Source of the DNA: Octopus sinensis
Taxonomy: Eukaryota
Direction: 5' to 3'
Assembly: GCF_006345805.1 (NCBI RefSeq)
Contig: NC_043005.1
Coordinates: 91,636,001-91,700,000 of the forward strand
Length of the DNA stretch: 64,000 bases
The position numbers and the translations under genes were made by a program. This document shows positions 52,117 to 64,000 of this stretch, piece after piece. The notes beneath the pieces were generated by a model that was not told the DNA's origin, did not search any database, and saw only the letters and a list, made by a program, of their open reading frames with translations. Numbering within the stretch: position 1 is the stretch's first letter; each line of letters opens with the position of its first letter.

Positions 52117-52283
52117 CTAATTTAAGAAAGGGAATGCATCTTCATGAAAGAAGAAAGTGTATTTTTGAGACAGAGAAACACCAGAATGACTGATGGATGC
52201 TCAGAAGTGCATTTAACTATGAAACTTTGCCAGAAAATGCCACTAAAAGTGAAAAAAGGTTCCTCACCTGTCTTGAAGAGCAG

Positions 52284-52643
52284 TAGCTGAGTTGGACTGT
52301 GAGAACCGATCTAATTAATACTAGCAGGATGATGATTATGGTATATGTGTATGTATGTGTGTGAGTATATAGATGTATGCATATATTATACACATGTAAC
52401 ATATAGCTGAGTTGGACTGTGAGAACCGATCTAATTAATACTAGCAGGATGATGATTATGGTATATGTGTATGTATGTGTGTGAGTATATAGATGTATGC
52501 ATATATTATACACATGTAACATATAGCTGAGTTGGACTGTGAGAACCGATCTAATTAATACTAGCAGGATGATGATTATGGTATATGTGTATGTATGTGT
52601 GTGAGTATATAGATGTATGCATATATTATACACATGTAACATA
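52284..52643. repeat. Three identical 120 bp tandem units
   Basis: Units start at 52284, 52404 and 52524 and read identically. Confidence 0.95.
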
Positions 52644-55178
52644 TTGTTTATTAGAATTCATTATAGACACAGAAGATTTTAGATCGGATGTTTGAATTCT
52701 AATTTACTGCATAAGTATCTTTGAAATATCACAATCTTCATTCTATACAATAGTCTGCTAGCATGATTTTAGATTTAGAATGGAGGTTGGTGACATTTTT
52801 AATAGTTAGCCCTATTCTTTCTTTAAACACAATTTTCTCATATATCATGATACGTTTCCTATATTTTACTTATTGTTTTTGATTTTGAATAGTTTGACAT
52901 ATCTAATTTTTGTATTTATTTTCGTGTCTCTCTTTTTATATGGTGACATTTGTGTTTTGCTTGTTGACATTAATAGAAGCAGCCATATTGAGATGGATTT
53001 TATTTGACTTAATAATTCAGTGTTGCATGTTTGATTCAAATTTTCCTTAACAAGAATGCTATAGGCATTGATCAACCAATATCAGTCAAAGAAGAAAAAC
53101 AAAACAAAACACAATAAGAAAGAAATTAGTAACAAAACTGTGTTTATCAATGTGCATTGATTAAGTTTGTTGTATACAGCGATTTTTAGAATATTTCTGA
53201 GAACATTTGGTTGAACGAAGCAAAATATCTTTCATTGTTGGGAATTAGTTTGTTATATTTTGTACATCTGATATTGTTATTTTTTCCTGTGAAATATAAG
53301 GAATTAGTAAAGAGAAGCACAATACAATTTACTAGGTGTACACATTATTTATAGTTTTAGCCAGCTCTGATCAATGATTTTTCAAATAGTTTTTTATATT
53401 TCATCTTCATTGCATTACAATAATTTTATATCAGTTCACATTAAAGATTTTATAAAACTGCTATGTCACCCTAAATTCCTGCTGGTTGGTCCTTGAAATC
53501 ATAACATTGTAACTTCAACAGGTTTTTTTCAATTAATTTCTAAAGTAAAATTCATTCCTGAATTGATGATGGATCTTCTCTTGGTTTTGACAATGATCAT
53601 TCAGTTGTTTAATTGACTGAATTACCCACCAATTAAATTAATTAACATGTAAGTTGGTGAGTATTCCACAGGTGCCTATGCCTTTAATATAATTTACAAA
53701 TTGAATCAACATGACAGGATTTTTTTTTATAAGGCTCAAATTCTACCTTTCATCGTTTTGGGGTTGATAAAATAAGTTCTGGTTAAACACTGGGGTTAAT
53801 GTAATTGACTTACAGCCTCCTCTGAAATTCCTGGTCTTGTGCCAAAATTTGAAATCAGTATTTTACAAGGCTGAACTTTTGTACTTCCAAACAATCCATC
53901 ATCATCATTTAATGTATATTTTCCACACTGGCATGGGTTAAATAGTTAACAGGATCTAGCAAGCTGCAGGGCTGTGCCAAGCTCCAGCATCAGCTTTGGC
54001 ATGTTTTCTATGGCCGTGTGCCCTTCCTAACACCAAATACTTCCCTGTGTGTACTGGAGTGATTTTGTTTTGAGCCACTAGCACTAGTGAGGTTGCCAAG
54101 TAACTTGCAAGACAAGAAAACACTAGGTTTGGGTTAATACAAAGTAACCATTAACAGATATACTTGCTCAAGGTACTATACTGTGGAATTGAACTCTTAT
54201 CTCATGATTGCGAAGCAAGCTGCTTAACCATTTGGTTGTGCTTCCATCCATGCATTTTCCTCAATATAATTAGTAACTTCAAATTTTGGAACAGGCTCAG
54301 TAATTTTAGGGGAAGGGGTAAGTTGATTACATCGACCCCCCCCCCCCCACACACACCAGTGGTCAAATGACATTCCTTTTATCAACCTCTCAAAGGATGA
54401 TAGGAAATGTTGAGATCAATGGACTTTGAACTTAGAATATACAGAGCTTGAAGAAATGCCACTTAGTATTTTGTCCAATATGCTAACAATTCTGTCAGCT
54501 CACGGCCTTTCTTCAATGTAAATAGTAAAAAGATGATGTAGAATTTTCACTCAGTTCTCAGAAGGAAATTTTTCACAAATGCTTTCCTCTGTTTCATGTA
54601 ATTTTAACTTCCTCTCTTGACCATTCTATAAGTTGTGTATATAAGTAGCTGCTAACTTTTTACATTGTTTTTTGTTTAATTGCATATGGATGGATGTGTC
54701 TGAGTGTGTATCTATCTGTGTGTGTGTGTGTGGGTGTGTAAGTGGGTGTGTGCAATTTAGCAAGAAAGAATGAATGTCATGTGAAACTGCTTCTAATAAG
54801 TGAAGAGAAATGTAATTCTTTATGCATGTCAAAACCAAATGAATTCATATAACCTTTTTATTTAGTTCACTCTGGAGTCAGAAAAATTCAGGATGGCATG
54901 AATAGAAAAAATGTTTGCGTGTGTCTGTGTGTGTTAGCGACAGAAGCAATAGTAATTCAAAATAACAATTTGTATATCATACTTGATGCAAGTATACTGT
55001 TGAAAGCCTTCAAACTGTAGTATTCATCTTAGGAAAACATCTTGTATAGATGTAGAGTGCCTTTTGTTTCAAGACTTTTATCAGTATATTTGTATAAAGT
55101 ATGAAATATATAGAGTGCTACACACACGCACAATGCACATGCACACACACACACGCGCACACACACACACACCACACA

Positions 55179-55215
<37 letters not shown>

Positions 55216-55658
55216 TGTGTTGTGACAATACTGCTTGTATTATCCAACAGTGACATAAATGTATTAAGTACACAGTATGTGACAAGGCCAGTCCTGTAAC
55301 TAACTTGTACAGTTCTTACAGTAGACTTTTTTGCCCAACTTCTGTCCTCCCAGTTTTGCTTATATGAGTAAAACATGGATTTAGGTTGACCAAGGGTATA
55401 ACACTAGAAACAATGGGATGCATCTTGTGATTGTGGGTTAATTTTTTTAGCCATTTGGCTGCACACACATTATCATTTATCATCTGTTTTCTGTGCTGGC
55501 ATGGATTGGACAATTTGACAGGGACTGGCTAGGCAGAAGACTAAACCAGGCCTCACTGTCTGTTTTGACAGGGTTTTTATAGCTGCATGTCTTTCCTAAC
55601 ACCAACCACCTTACAAAATATATCTGTGTATGTATAGATATATATATATATATATATA

Positions 55659-56210
55659 CCGGGTTATTCAAAAAGAATGAACCGATTTCATTACGCAATA
55701 TTTTAATAAGGAAAAGCAATAGAAAACTCCAGCTGAGTCACAAATATTTTCTCATAGTCAACTTTTATTTCCTGTCTTACAAGTGTTCAATGTGGCCACC
55801 ACTTGCAGCACGAACAACATCAATGCAATAAGAGAATTCCTCCCAGATGCGTATCAATAGATCACAATTCACTGAGTTGATCACTGTTGTTATTCGAGGT
55901 TTAAAGTCATTGAGGCTGGTGGGTAGTGGTGGAACATAAACGCAATCTTTTACATATCTCCACAAGAAACAAATCACACATGGTGGATCACGCATTCAGT
56001 GGATCATGATATGCTGATATGCATCTGGGAGGAAATATCTTAGTGCATTGATGTTGCCTGTTGCAGGTGGTGGCCACATCGAACACTTGTGAGACAGGAA
56101 ATAAAAGTTGATTGTGAGTAAATACTTGTGGCTTAGCTGGAGTTTTCTATTGCTTTTCCTTATTAAAATATTGTGTAATGAAATTGGTTCATTCTTTTTG
56201 AATAACCCTG
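55659..56210. mobile_element. Tc1/mariner-superfamily non-autonomous element with long TIRs made of the transposase 3' end
   Basis: ~170 bp inverted arms in TA context. The minus strand encodes FLWRYVKDCVYVPPLPTSL..GGHIEHL*, and the plus arm also ends GGGHIEHL*. Confidence 0.85.
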
Positions 56211-56320
56211 TATATATGTGTGTATGTGTGTGTGTGTATATATATATATACACACACATACACACATATATACAGGGTTATTCAAATATATATATATATA
56301 TATACGCACACACACATATA

Positions 56321-57199
56321 CATGGTCTGATCAATAGGTATCTGGACTGTTGCCATAGTAACAAAGCTAAAGCATGCAGAGTGACGCTATCTGGCGCATA
56401 TTGAATTTGAACTCTGCTGTGCATGTGCACTAAGTTTTAATGTTCTAGCTCCCTTCTGCTGTTTACAGCAGTGCTTGAAAGGTGTGGGGTGTATGACCGT
56501 CGCATTGACCATGATAGAGACAGTTGAACAGAGAATCTGCATCAAATTTTGCCAAAAGCTTGGCGAGACCTGCTCAGAGGCTTACCCAAAGTTTTCATCA
56601 TTCTTGACACTATCAAAGAGATCTTGTGCAGCTGAAACCCGAGTGTCTTTTTAGTCAGCTGAAAGCAGTTTTGGCACAAACTTGGCAGACATGTGTGTCA
56701 TACCTAAATCTTCAGTGATAATGGACTGAACTGAACCGTAACTAATCTGCACACCTTCTCATAAGACACAGATGGTGATTCGATGATTTTCCCCTCACAG
56801 CTGCACACACATCTACAATGTTTTTCTCAGTTCTGCTGGTTGCAGGTCTCCCAAAATATTCATCAATATCAACATTTTTCGCCATCTTGGAAACCTCTAA
56901 GCCACTTGTACACTTGTATGCAGCTCATACGCTCCTCTCCATACACTTTCTACAACTTTATGTAGGCCTCTGAACAGGTATCGTCATGACAACTTTCTCT
57001 GTCATGGTCAATGCGATGATCACACACTACACACCTTCCTTCCAAGCATTGCTGTAAACAGTGGAAGTGAGCTAGAACTTTAAAACTTTATGCACATGTA
57101 CAGCAGAGTTCAAGGTCAATCTATGCCAAGTGGCTTTACTCTGTATGCTTTAGCTTCATTACTATAGTAACAGTACAGATACTTATTGATCAGACCTCG
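56321..57199. mobile_element. mariner-type non-autonomous element with long TIRs made of the 5' end
   Basis: Ends CATGGTCTGATCAATA / TATTGATCAGACCTCG with ~200 bp arms. Plus strand EQRICIKFCQKLGETCSEAY; minus strand encodes a decayed mariner N-terminus (VYKW..GRPATSRT..SAKFVPKLL). Confidence 0.88.
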
Positions 57200-57767
57200 G
57201 ATATCTTGTCTGCTGTATTTCAATTAGATTTCTGGTTGAAGATACCTTATTCCCTTTTTTCCACTGTAAAGGGTCATAGGGACTGTCTTCTGTCCTAACT
57301 AAATGATAAAAGAAACCTCCAAAACAACCCCCAAACCCTATAAGTTGTTAACTATCATAATTATAGGAATCAGATAATAATGGTTTAGAACAGGTATTGG
57401 CATCCTTTTTGAAGAAGTGGGCTGCATGAGATATAGCTTATCATCTGGCGAGTCACACCACGAAAGAAATCGAGGTAAATTTTCATCAAGCATTCCTCTC
57501 AGAAAGTCCTGTGGGCTGCAACTTGCCATGACTGGTTTAGAATGTTAATATGAATACTAAGAATTGCTTTTTGAAATATTTTCTTAAGATTGGTGTAATA
57601 TATTTTAGTTAAATAAGAAATATGGAATTAAAATTATTTGTCAAATACTTTTAACTCTAATTATTTCTACAATAATATTTATTGCAAATGGTCATATTTG
57701 CTTTCAGTTTATTTTACTTTTTGTTAATATATATGCACTATGATATCTCCAGCAAAGTCAAAATTAA

Positions 57768-57954
57768 CCCTTTTTGATACCAACCCTCCTGTGACTGTCC
57801 CTGGTTTTAAATAGATCTAGATTAAACACTTCCATCAAAATTTCATGTTATGTTCCAATCACCAGCTAAATATTGACAATGTTATTTTCCTAAATTTTTT
57901 TATTAGTTTCAAAATTTATAGGAACAAATTAACAGAATTATGGTGGCAAAAGGG
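57768..57954. mobile_element. piggyBac-like MITE
   Basis: TTAA|CCCTTTTTGATACCA ... TGGTGGCAAAAGGG|TTAA. Confidence 0.7.
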
Positions 57955-58754
57955 TTAAGGTGATGAAAACTTCTTTTATATGGAATCTCTTAAAGAAAAC
58001 TCAAACTTATTATTTTTGAATATATTGTTTTTATATAATTCTAAAACAAAATTATGTAATAAATATGAAAATATCTTCTCATAGAAATGTTTACATTCAC
58101 AGAGATAATTTTTATCTTAAACTGTTCCTTTTTTTTTATTATTTTATTGAAGTTAGTGATTGCTTGGATTATCTAGATGGAAATTAGATGTAACTTTAGA
58201 TGCTTGGAAATTAGACATAACATTTCGCTGATAATCTGTTTTAGATTGTACACAAATTTAGTCAAGTTTTTGTAATAGAAAACCATTTAGCTATAGCAAA
58301 CTGTTTTTACTTTGTTTTATATTTTCAATTTCCCCCCATTTTTTTTAATAGATAAGCATCAAATTATTGTCATTGATATCTATAAATTTTATTGCAGTTC
58401 TTTGTTCACTAATTTTCTCTATAGTACTGTACAGTCTGAAATTCTGCTATTTATGTTTCACTAAATGATAATTTTATCAAAAGTGGGTTTATTTGTAAAA
58501 TTTATTGTTTAATTTATTGGTTGTTTCATCAGAATTCAGATAATTCATATGAAATCTTTGCAAACTCTTCGAAATTTGAATAGAATATTATCAACACAAA
58601 TATTCCAACACTTACATAAAGAATTTTCAGGAAATTTAACGTATTGATGTTTAGAAAAAAAAAAAAAAAAGAAATGTTTAGTTATAGTAGGATGCCTGCT
58701 CATGTGTCTTTGGTAGGTTGTTGTGACTGATGTTTGGCTTAAAGTTCTGAAGGT

Positions 58755-59138
58755 TTATACCTGCTGGAAACACACTGGTTGGCATGCAGTTCTTGAGGAA
58801 AGCAACTCTGGAGAGAGAGGACTGGGCAAAATGTTTAATTTGTGGTTTGTGAATTGTTGTAGAAATGAGATAGAGTGGGAGGACAGATTCAGTGAACCGG
58901 TGGTTGTAGAAGAAAGCTCAGTGTTCATTGTCATTTCTGACCCCTTTTTATATTTTTTCAGGAAATGCAGAGAGATGAATGGGGACAGGATATGCCATGA
59001 GTGGATGAATTGTGAACATGTTTTACTGTAAATTGGTTCTGCTGTTTTCTTCTGAAATGGGTCACCATTCCTAGACTGAGTGCCAATGAAATATGTATTA
59101 GTGATATATTTAGGTTGCTTCATGTGCACATACTCCAT
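58755..59138 (-). other. Candidate 127-codon ORF or exon of unknown nature
   Basis: Non-repetitive open frame in AT-rich DNA, upstream poly-T plus TAG acceptor-like site, and CAG|GTATAA donor-like site at its end. No recognisable domain. Confidence 0.25.
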
Positions 59139-60194
59139 CTTCTATTAGAAAATCTACTTTCTAATGTATCAAAAAAAAAAAAAATTAATAGTATACAATG
59201 GCTAAAGATTCATACTAGTTTATTAATCTGAAAGGCACATTGTGTTGTACTTGCAAAGAAAGATACTTTACTTTTTAGCCTATAAGAAAATATAATCATA
59301 AAGAGACTATGACCATATATTTAATTAATAAAATGTTGACTTTGATTATTTCTAATGTTTTCAGCATCAGAAATGACCACAGCGAAAATTAAATACAGTG
59401 ACTAGAAAAATAGGCAGCAAGCTATGACAAAGGTTGTATGTACTTCTATTGAAGAAGCCTGGCAGAGCATAAACATCTAGCTTTGCCTCTCTTGTCTGCT
59501 TGGCCTAAGAATAATGTTAGGTGAACTCTTAATATTTTTTTTCAAAATCTCTACATTGAACTGTACAGCAGTTATTTCTGATGTTAAAAAAAATATTGGA
59601 ACTTAATCAAACTCACCTATTTTTTTAATAAATGCCAATATTTTTTTTCTACTTGAGTGGTTAACAATTTGATGGTATTTAAAGCATTTGGCAACATCAG
59701 CCTCACCGTTTCTAAAACCTGACCAAATAATCTGGGGAAAATCAATATAAAATAATGGAATTTTGTCTTGTAAAATGGTTTTTGTAGAGAATATCTTATC
59801 TGTAGGTATTAAGTTTACATTTCCTCACAGGTGCAGACATGACTCTGTAGTGAAAAAATTTGCTTTGCAACCACATAATTTCAGGTTTTGGACCCAATGT
59901 AGGGGAACTTTGTCTTCTAGAACTTCAGGTCACCCAATGCTTTGTGAGTTAAATTTAGTTGACAAAAACTGTATGACAGCTTATTTGGGTGTGTATGTAT
60001 ATCTTCTACTTGTTTCACTTATTGAACTGTGGCCATGCTGGTGCACTGCTTTGCAGGGTTTAGTGGAACAATTCAACTCTAATACTTATTCTGTTGGTTT
60101 CTTTTGTCAAACCACTAAGTTACACGATTGACTAAATCATTGAAGGTATTATCCCATCGTGGCTGCAGTCCAGTAACTGAAACCAAAGAAAGAA

Positions 60195-60480
60195 TAAATT
60201 ATGTAATGCATTAAGGAATAGACAAAAGAGTTACCCCACAGAAATATACCCCCTTGGGGCCAGTACTTTCCTTAAATCCATCAACCGTAGATGATAATAT
60301 CCACTTGGTACATCATTCTCAATATAACTCCTAAGTACAGTCTACATCCTCATCATCACCTCAAATAATTTCACCATCAATATCTGCCTGAGTAAATCCT
60401 TCAAAATCATCATCTGAGTTAGTCTAACAAGATTTCTTCCAGAAAAGCTTCAAATGCAGGAGCGAATGTTTTCATTCAGT
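60195..60480 (-). pseudogene. Decayed piggyBac-like transposase N-terminal fragment
   Basis: SDDDFEGFTQADID..DDEDVD..W..GFKESTGP..LFCLFL with stops, similar to the acidic piggyBac N-terminus. Confidence 0.5.
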
Positions 60481-63400
60481 AAAAAATGTAAAAAACAAAC
60501 TAAGTTTGATTTCAAAGCTTGATTACTTGTGGTTAGTGTATGAATAAGGAAAATGGCATCAGAAAACGGAAGTTTGCCCTCTTTCTGAATTGAAAGTAGT
60601 TGGTTTACACCTTTGAAGTACCTGAAATAAAGGTAGTAATATGTTTTACTTTAAGCACCCTTCTCAAAGCAATAAAATGCGGCTGTAGCTACAGAGGAGA
60701 AAACTTGTGGGCAATAAATTGCAACAACAGCACGTAGAAGGTTTAACAAATGTTTTATCTTGTGGTGATGAGTTCAAGTTGTCCTATTGATTTGGTGTAA
60801 GTAATGAGAAACTTGTTTAATCTATTTTGAATATGGAAAGTGGATATTTTATTACTGTTAAACATGGTTTTAACCAATGGCTTTGGAAAATCCTTTCCTT
60901 ATGCTGCAAGAAGCAGAGACACACAGTGGTACCCAAGGTGCCGCACAGTGGGACTGAGCCTCCACTAATACTTTTTACAAAAGACAATTTTTCTGATTTC
61001 CTTAATTTTTTTTTTTTTCATATACTCCATCAGACGGTTTCTGGTTCCATTCCATTGCATGCAGTCCTACTAGGGTAAGGGTCTTCTATACCTTTATAGA
61101 GCAAGAATTAAATACTTCTTGGAGTGACTATGAAAACTGCACCTACAGGGAATATCGGAAAAGTATTGCAGAAAAAGAAAATATTAATTCTATTTTTTGG
61201 GGTATAACTTAATTTAACCATGTAGCCAAAGAGTTAAAGTGAGAAGTGGAGAACTGCAAGGAGTTCAGCACCTCTATATGCATTGTACGTTTATTGTTTT
61301 ATACAGCAGGAAGCTGTATTTTCTGAGCCAAATTGTTAAATTGTGAGTGAGAGCTTAAACACATGGAGATTAGCTACAGTGAGGAAACACTTGATCAAAA
61401 CATTTCTGATAATTATATTAATTGGAAGTAATTATATTCTGTAACATTCAAACATTCGCATAATTATATTAATCTCTTATGTACAAGAACGCAAGTGTGA
61501 TTACATCACATGCCGTTCAGATTGACTGTTGAATAGTTTTAAGAAGAAAAAATAAAGAGTTCTAGAAATTTGTGTAACCTAACTCTAATATATAGCAACT
61601 CTCTGCTCTTGTGTGTAGAAAAAAATCATTAAAGATTGAGGGGGAGTTCATTTTGTAACCATGTGGTTTTGAGTTATATTTTACTGCATTGCATCTTGGG
61701 TAAGTGTCTTTTATGGTACCCTTGGACCTACTAATTTCCTGTGAAAAGAAATGGTACATGGAAGCTGCAGGCAGCCTGATGTGTGTGTGTGTTTGCATGT
61801 TTGTATGACTATTTACATGAAACAACCCGAGTAAAAATGGGGATGTGTTGATATTCCCCATCTCTGCATTTTTGCAGATGTAGCATGAAAAAGATTCTTT
61901 GTAAAACAGGCATGAGTTAGCAAAAAAGAAAGGTACCTGGCTATAAAATAATAACTCAATAATAAGTATTCATCTAACCCATACTGGCATGGAAAAATGG
62001 ATTTAGAACAAATCATTGAAGGCATTCTTGATTAGATTGTTCCGTGAAACTTTATTTTTCCGTGTATTACCTTGGCATTACATACTACTTGACAAATAAG
62101 GCTATGGGTTTTGCCATTTTTGTATTTAAATCATTTGCGAAAAGAAGAAAATAAGTTGTTTACTCAATTATTCATTTTGTTTTAAGTAGAATTTCATTAT
62201 TAAGTTAAAGACTTTGAATCATCTCTAATTTCCAGACTACATTTTGTCTTACAGTTTTACTGAAGAGTTCAACATTTTATTACTAATACACTGCCATTAT
62301 TGTGAAATGTAAGTAACTTTGTCTTTACAAATATTCTCAATCTAAAGAATATCTACAACTTGGTGTAAATTTTTAATAGAAATCAGTATCTAAAATCTAC
62401 CAAAGACCTGTATGAGAATGATTATTTTTGTTCATATTTTCATGTCTTGTCTCCTAAGAAAATATTTTTGACTTAAATCTAGTTAGACTTAGTTTGTATT
62501 GTGTTTTTATGTTCTTTAATTAAAGAAAAAATGTGGTTTTTGTGCTGCTCCTGTTCAGAAACACAGACATGTATATATGTGTTGTGTTGTAAAAGTATTT
62601 ATCTGTTTCAAACAACAAAGGTTGTGTATTGAGTATTGAACTCTTAACCTACCAAAAAAGTTAATCTAGTGCTTCATTTCTTCTGAGAAAGTTTCTTTAT
62701 TCTATTTGGCTGATTGAAAATAACATTTGAGTGGCTATCGTTAGAGACTAAAGGAATTTGTGTAAACACCTGTGCCAACATTTCATGCAAATATTGAAAC
62801 GATCACCTATTGATAAATCTTTTTGTGTTCTGGTAATTTACCTGTAGTGTTTGACTAACCTTGAAAGTAATATTTAACACTTCACAAAAGAAACCTACAC
62901 AAACATATGAGTTTGATCATAAGTAGCAGCTAAGATGTCACCTTAATTACCTAATAATATTCTATAGAACAGACACCACTGAATAGTTATGAAACATTGG
63001 TATTAATTGGTGACATTGACTCATGTGTAGTTGACTTGTTATACATATTTTAAATTAACCTTTTCATGTTTATATCATTCAGAACTATTATTCTTAAATT
63101 CCTGCAGGAAATCTAGAAATACTGTTCACATATATAATTATTTGTTCTCTGTATAATCCAGATGGTGTGCTTGAAGTACTGGAATTGCTTAGAAGTTTGT
63201 TGAAGTGCTAGATGTCGTAGTTGAAACTTTGTGTTAAAGTTATTTATTTTATTCAATAACCAAGCACATTTCTATCAATGGCTTCATCAGTATGACTTAA
63301 AAGAAGTTTGTAGTTGATTGATTGGCATTAGAACTTGCATCCAAAAATTCATATAAATATCTGGATACACCTGGTCATTCTAAACCTTGCTCAAGTTACA

Positions 63401-63567
63401 GGTAGTAAACAAACTAATTGTTGTGCAATATTTTAAACTTTCAGAAATTTATGTTAAATCTAGAAAGGTCAATAAAAAAAAAAGTGCTTTCATGGAATGA
63501 AAATAAATAAACTTGGTAATGCAAAAAGAGATCATTCTAAACATACTTTGTATTTAATATATGGCTA

Positions 63568-63710
63568 GGTACAGATGGTGTGTGGTTAAGAAGTTTGCTT
63601 CAGACGGTTTCAGGTTCCGTTCCATTGCATGTAGTCCTACTAGGGTAAGGGTCTTCTATACCAAAGCCTTGTGAGTGGATTTAGTAGATGGAAACTGAAA
63701 GAAGCTTATC
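63568..63710 (+). mobile_element. SINE family A 5' half
   Basis: gtgtggttaagaagtttgctt..ccaaagccttgtgagtggattt..gaaactgaaagaag. Confidence 0.8.
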
Positions 63711-64000
63711 ATCACACACATACACAATATATATAATATGTATATATATGTATATATATATGTATATAGATGACTTTGATAGACTTAAAATTCCATGTGA
63801 AATGCATTTGGATTCAGAAAAATAGTCACAATGTTTTTATATTTACTATATATATACTATATTGACTTATATGCTAGAAAATACAGTATTGATATTAATA
63901 AGTGTCATGTTGTAAAGCTGTGGTGATATTAAAAACTTCTAGAAATGTACAACTCATATAAGGAATACCAAAAGTAAAATAAACTCTAAAATGAACAACA

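Overview
AT-rich, repeat-saturated metazoan DNA, most likely Octopus or another coleoid cephalopod. This is inferred from the recurring tRNA-derived SINE families and the extreme (TA)n/(CA)n load. I cannot confidently call any intact host protein-coding gene, and most ORFs in the track are microsatellite artefacts ([12 protein letters not shown]). The window holds decayed LINEs (CR1-group, RTE), Tigger/pogo, mariner/Tc1, piggyBac and Gypsy remnants, several MITEs with clear TIRs/TSDs, many SINEs, a ~10 kb (TA)-rich block (21.0-31.0 kb) with duplications that may be artefacts, and a 100-N gap. Two CpG-rich promoter-like patches (~13.5 kb and ~15.2 kb) precede a long, by eye CpG-poor and T-rich region that is probably intronic. 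The most notable signals are two type I hammerhead ribozyme folds on the minus strand (8281-8329, 6381-6419), a Penelope-like ORF C-terminus near the first, and a recurrent class of short (TA)n-embedded elements ending in fold-back palindromes. All observations were read by eye; no alignments, searches or folding programs were run.
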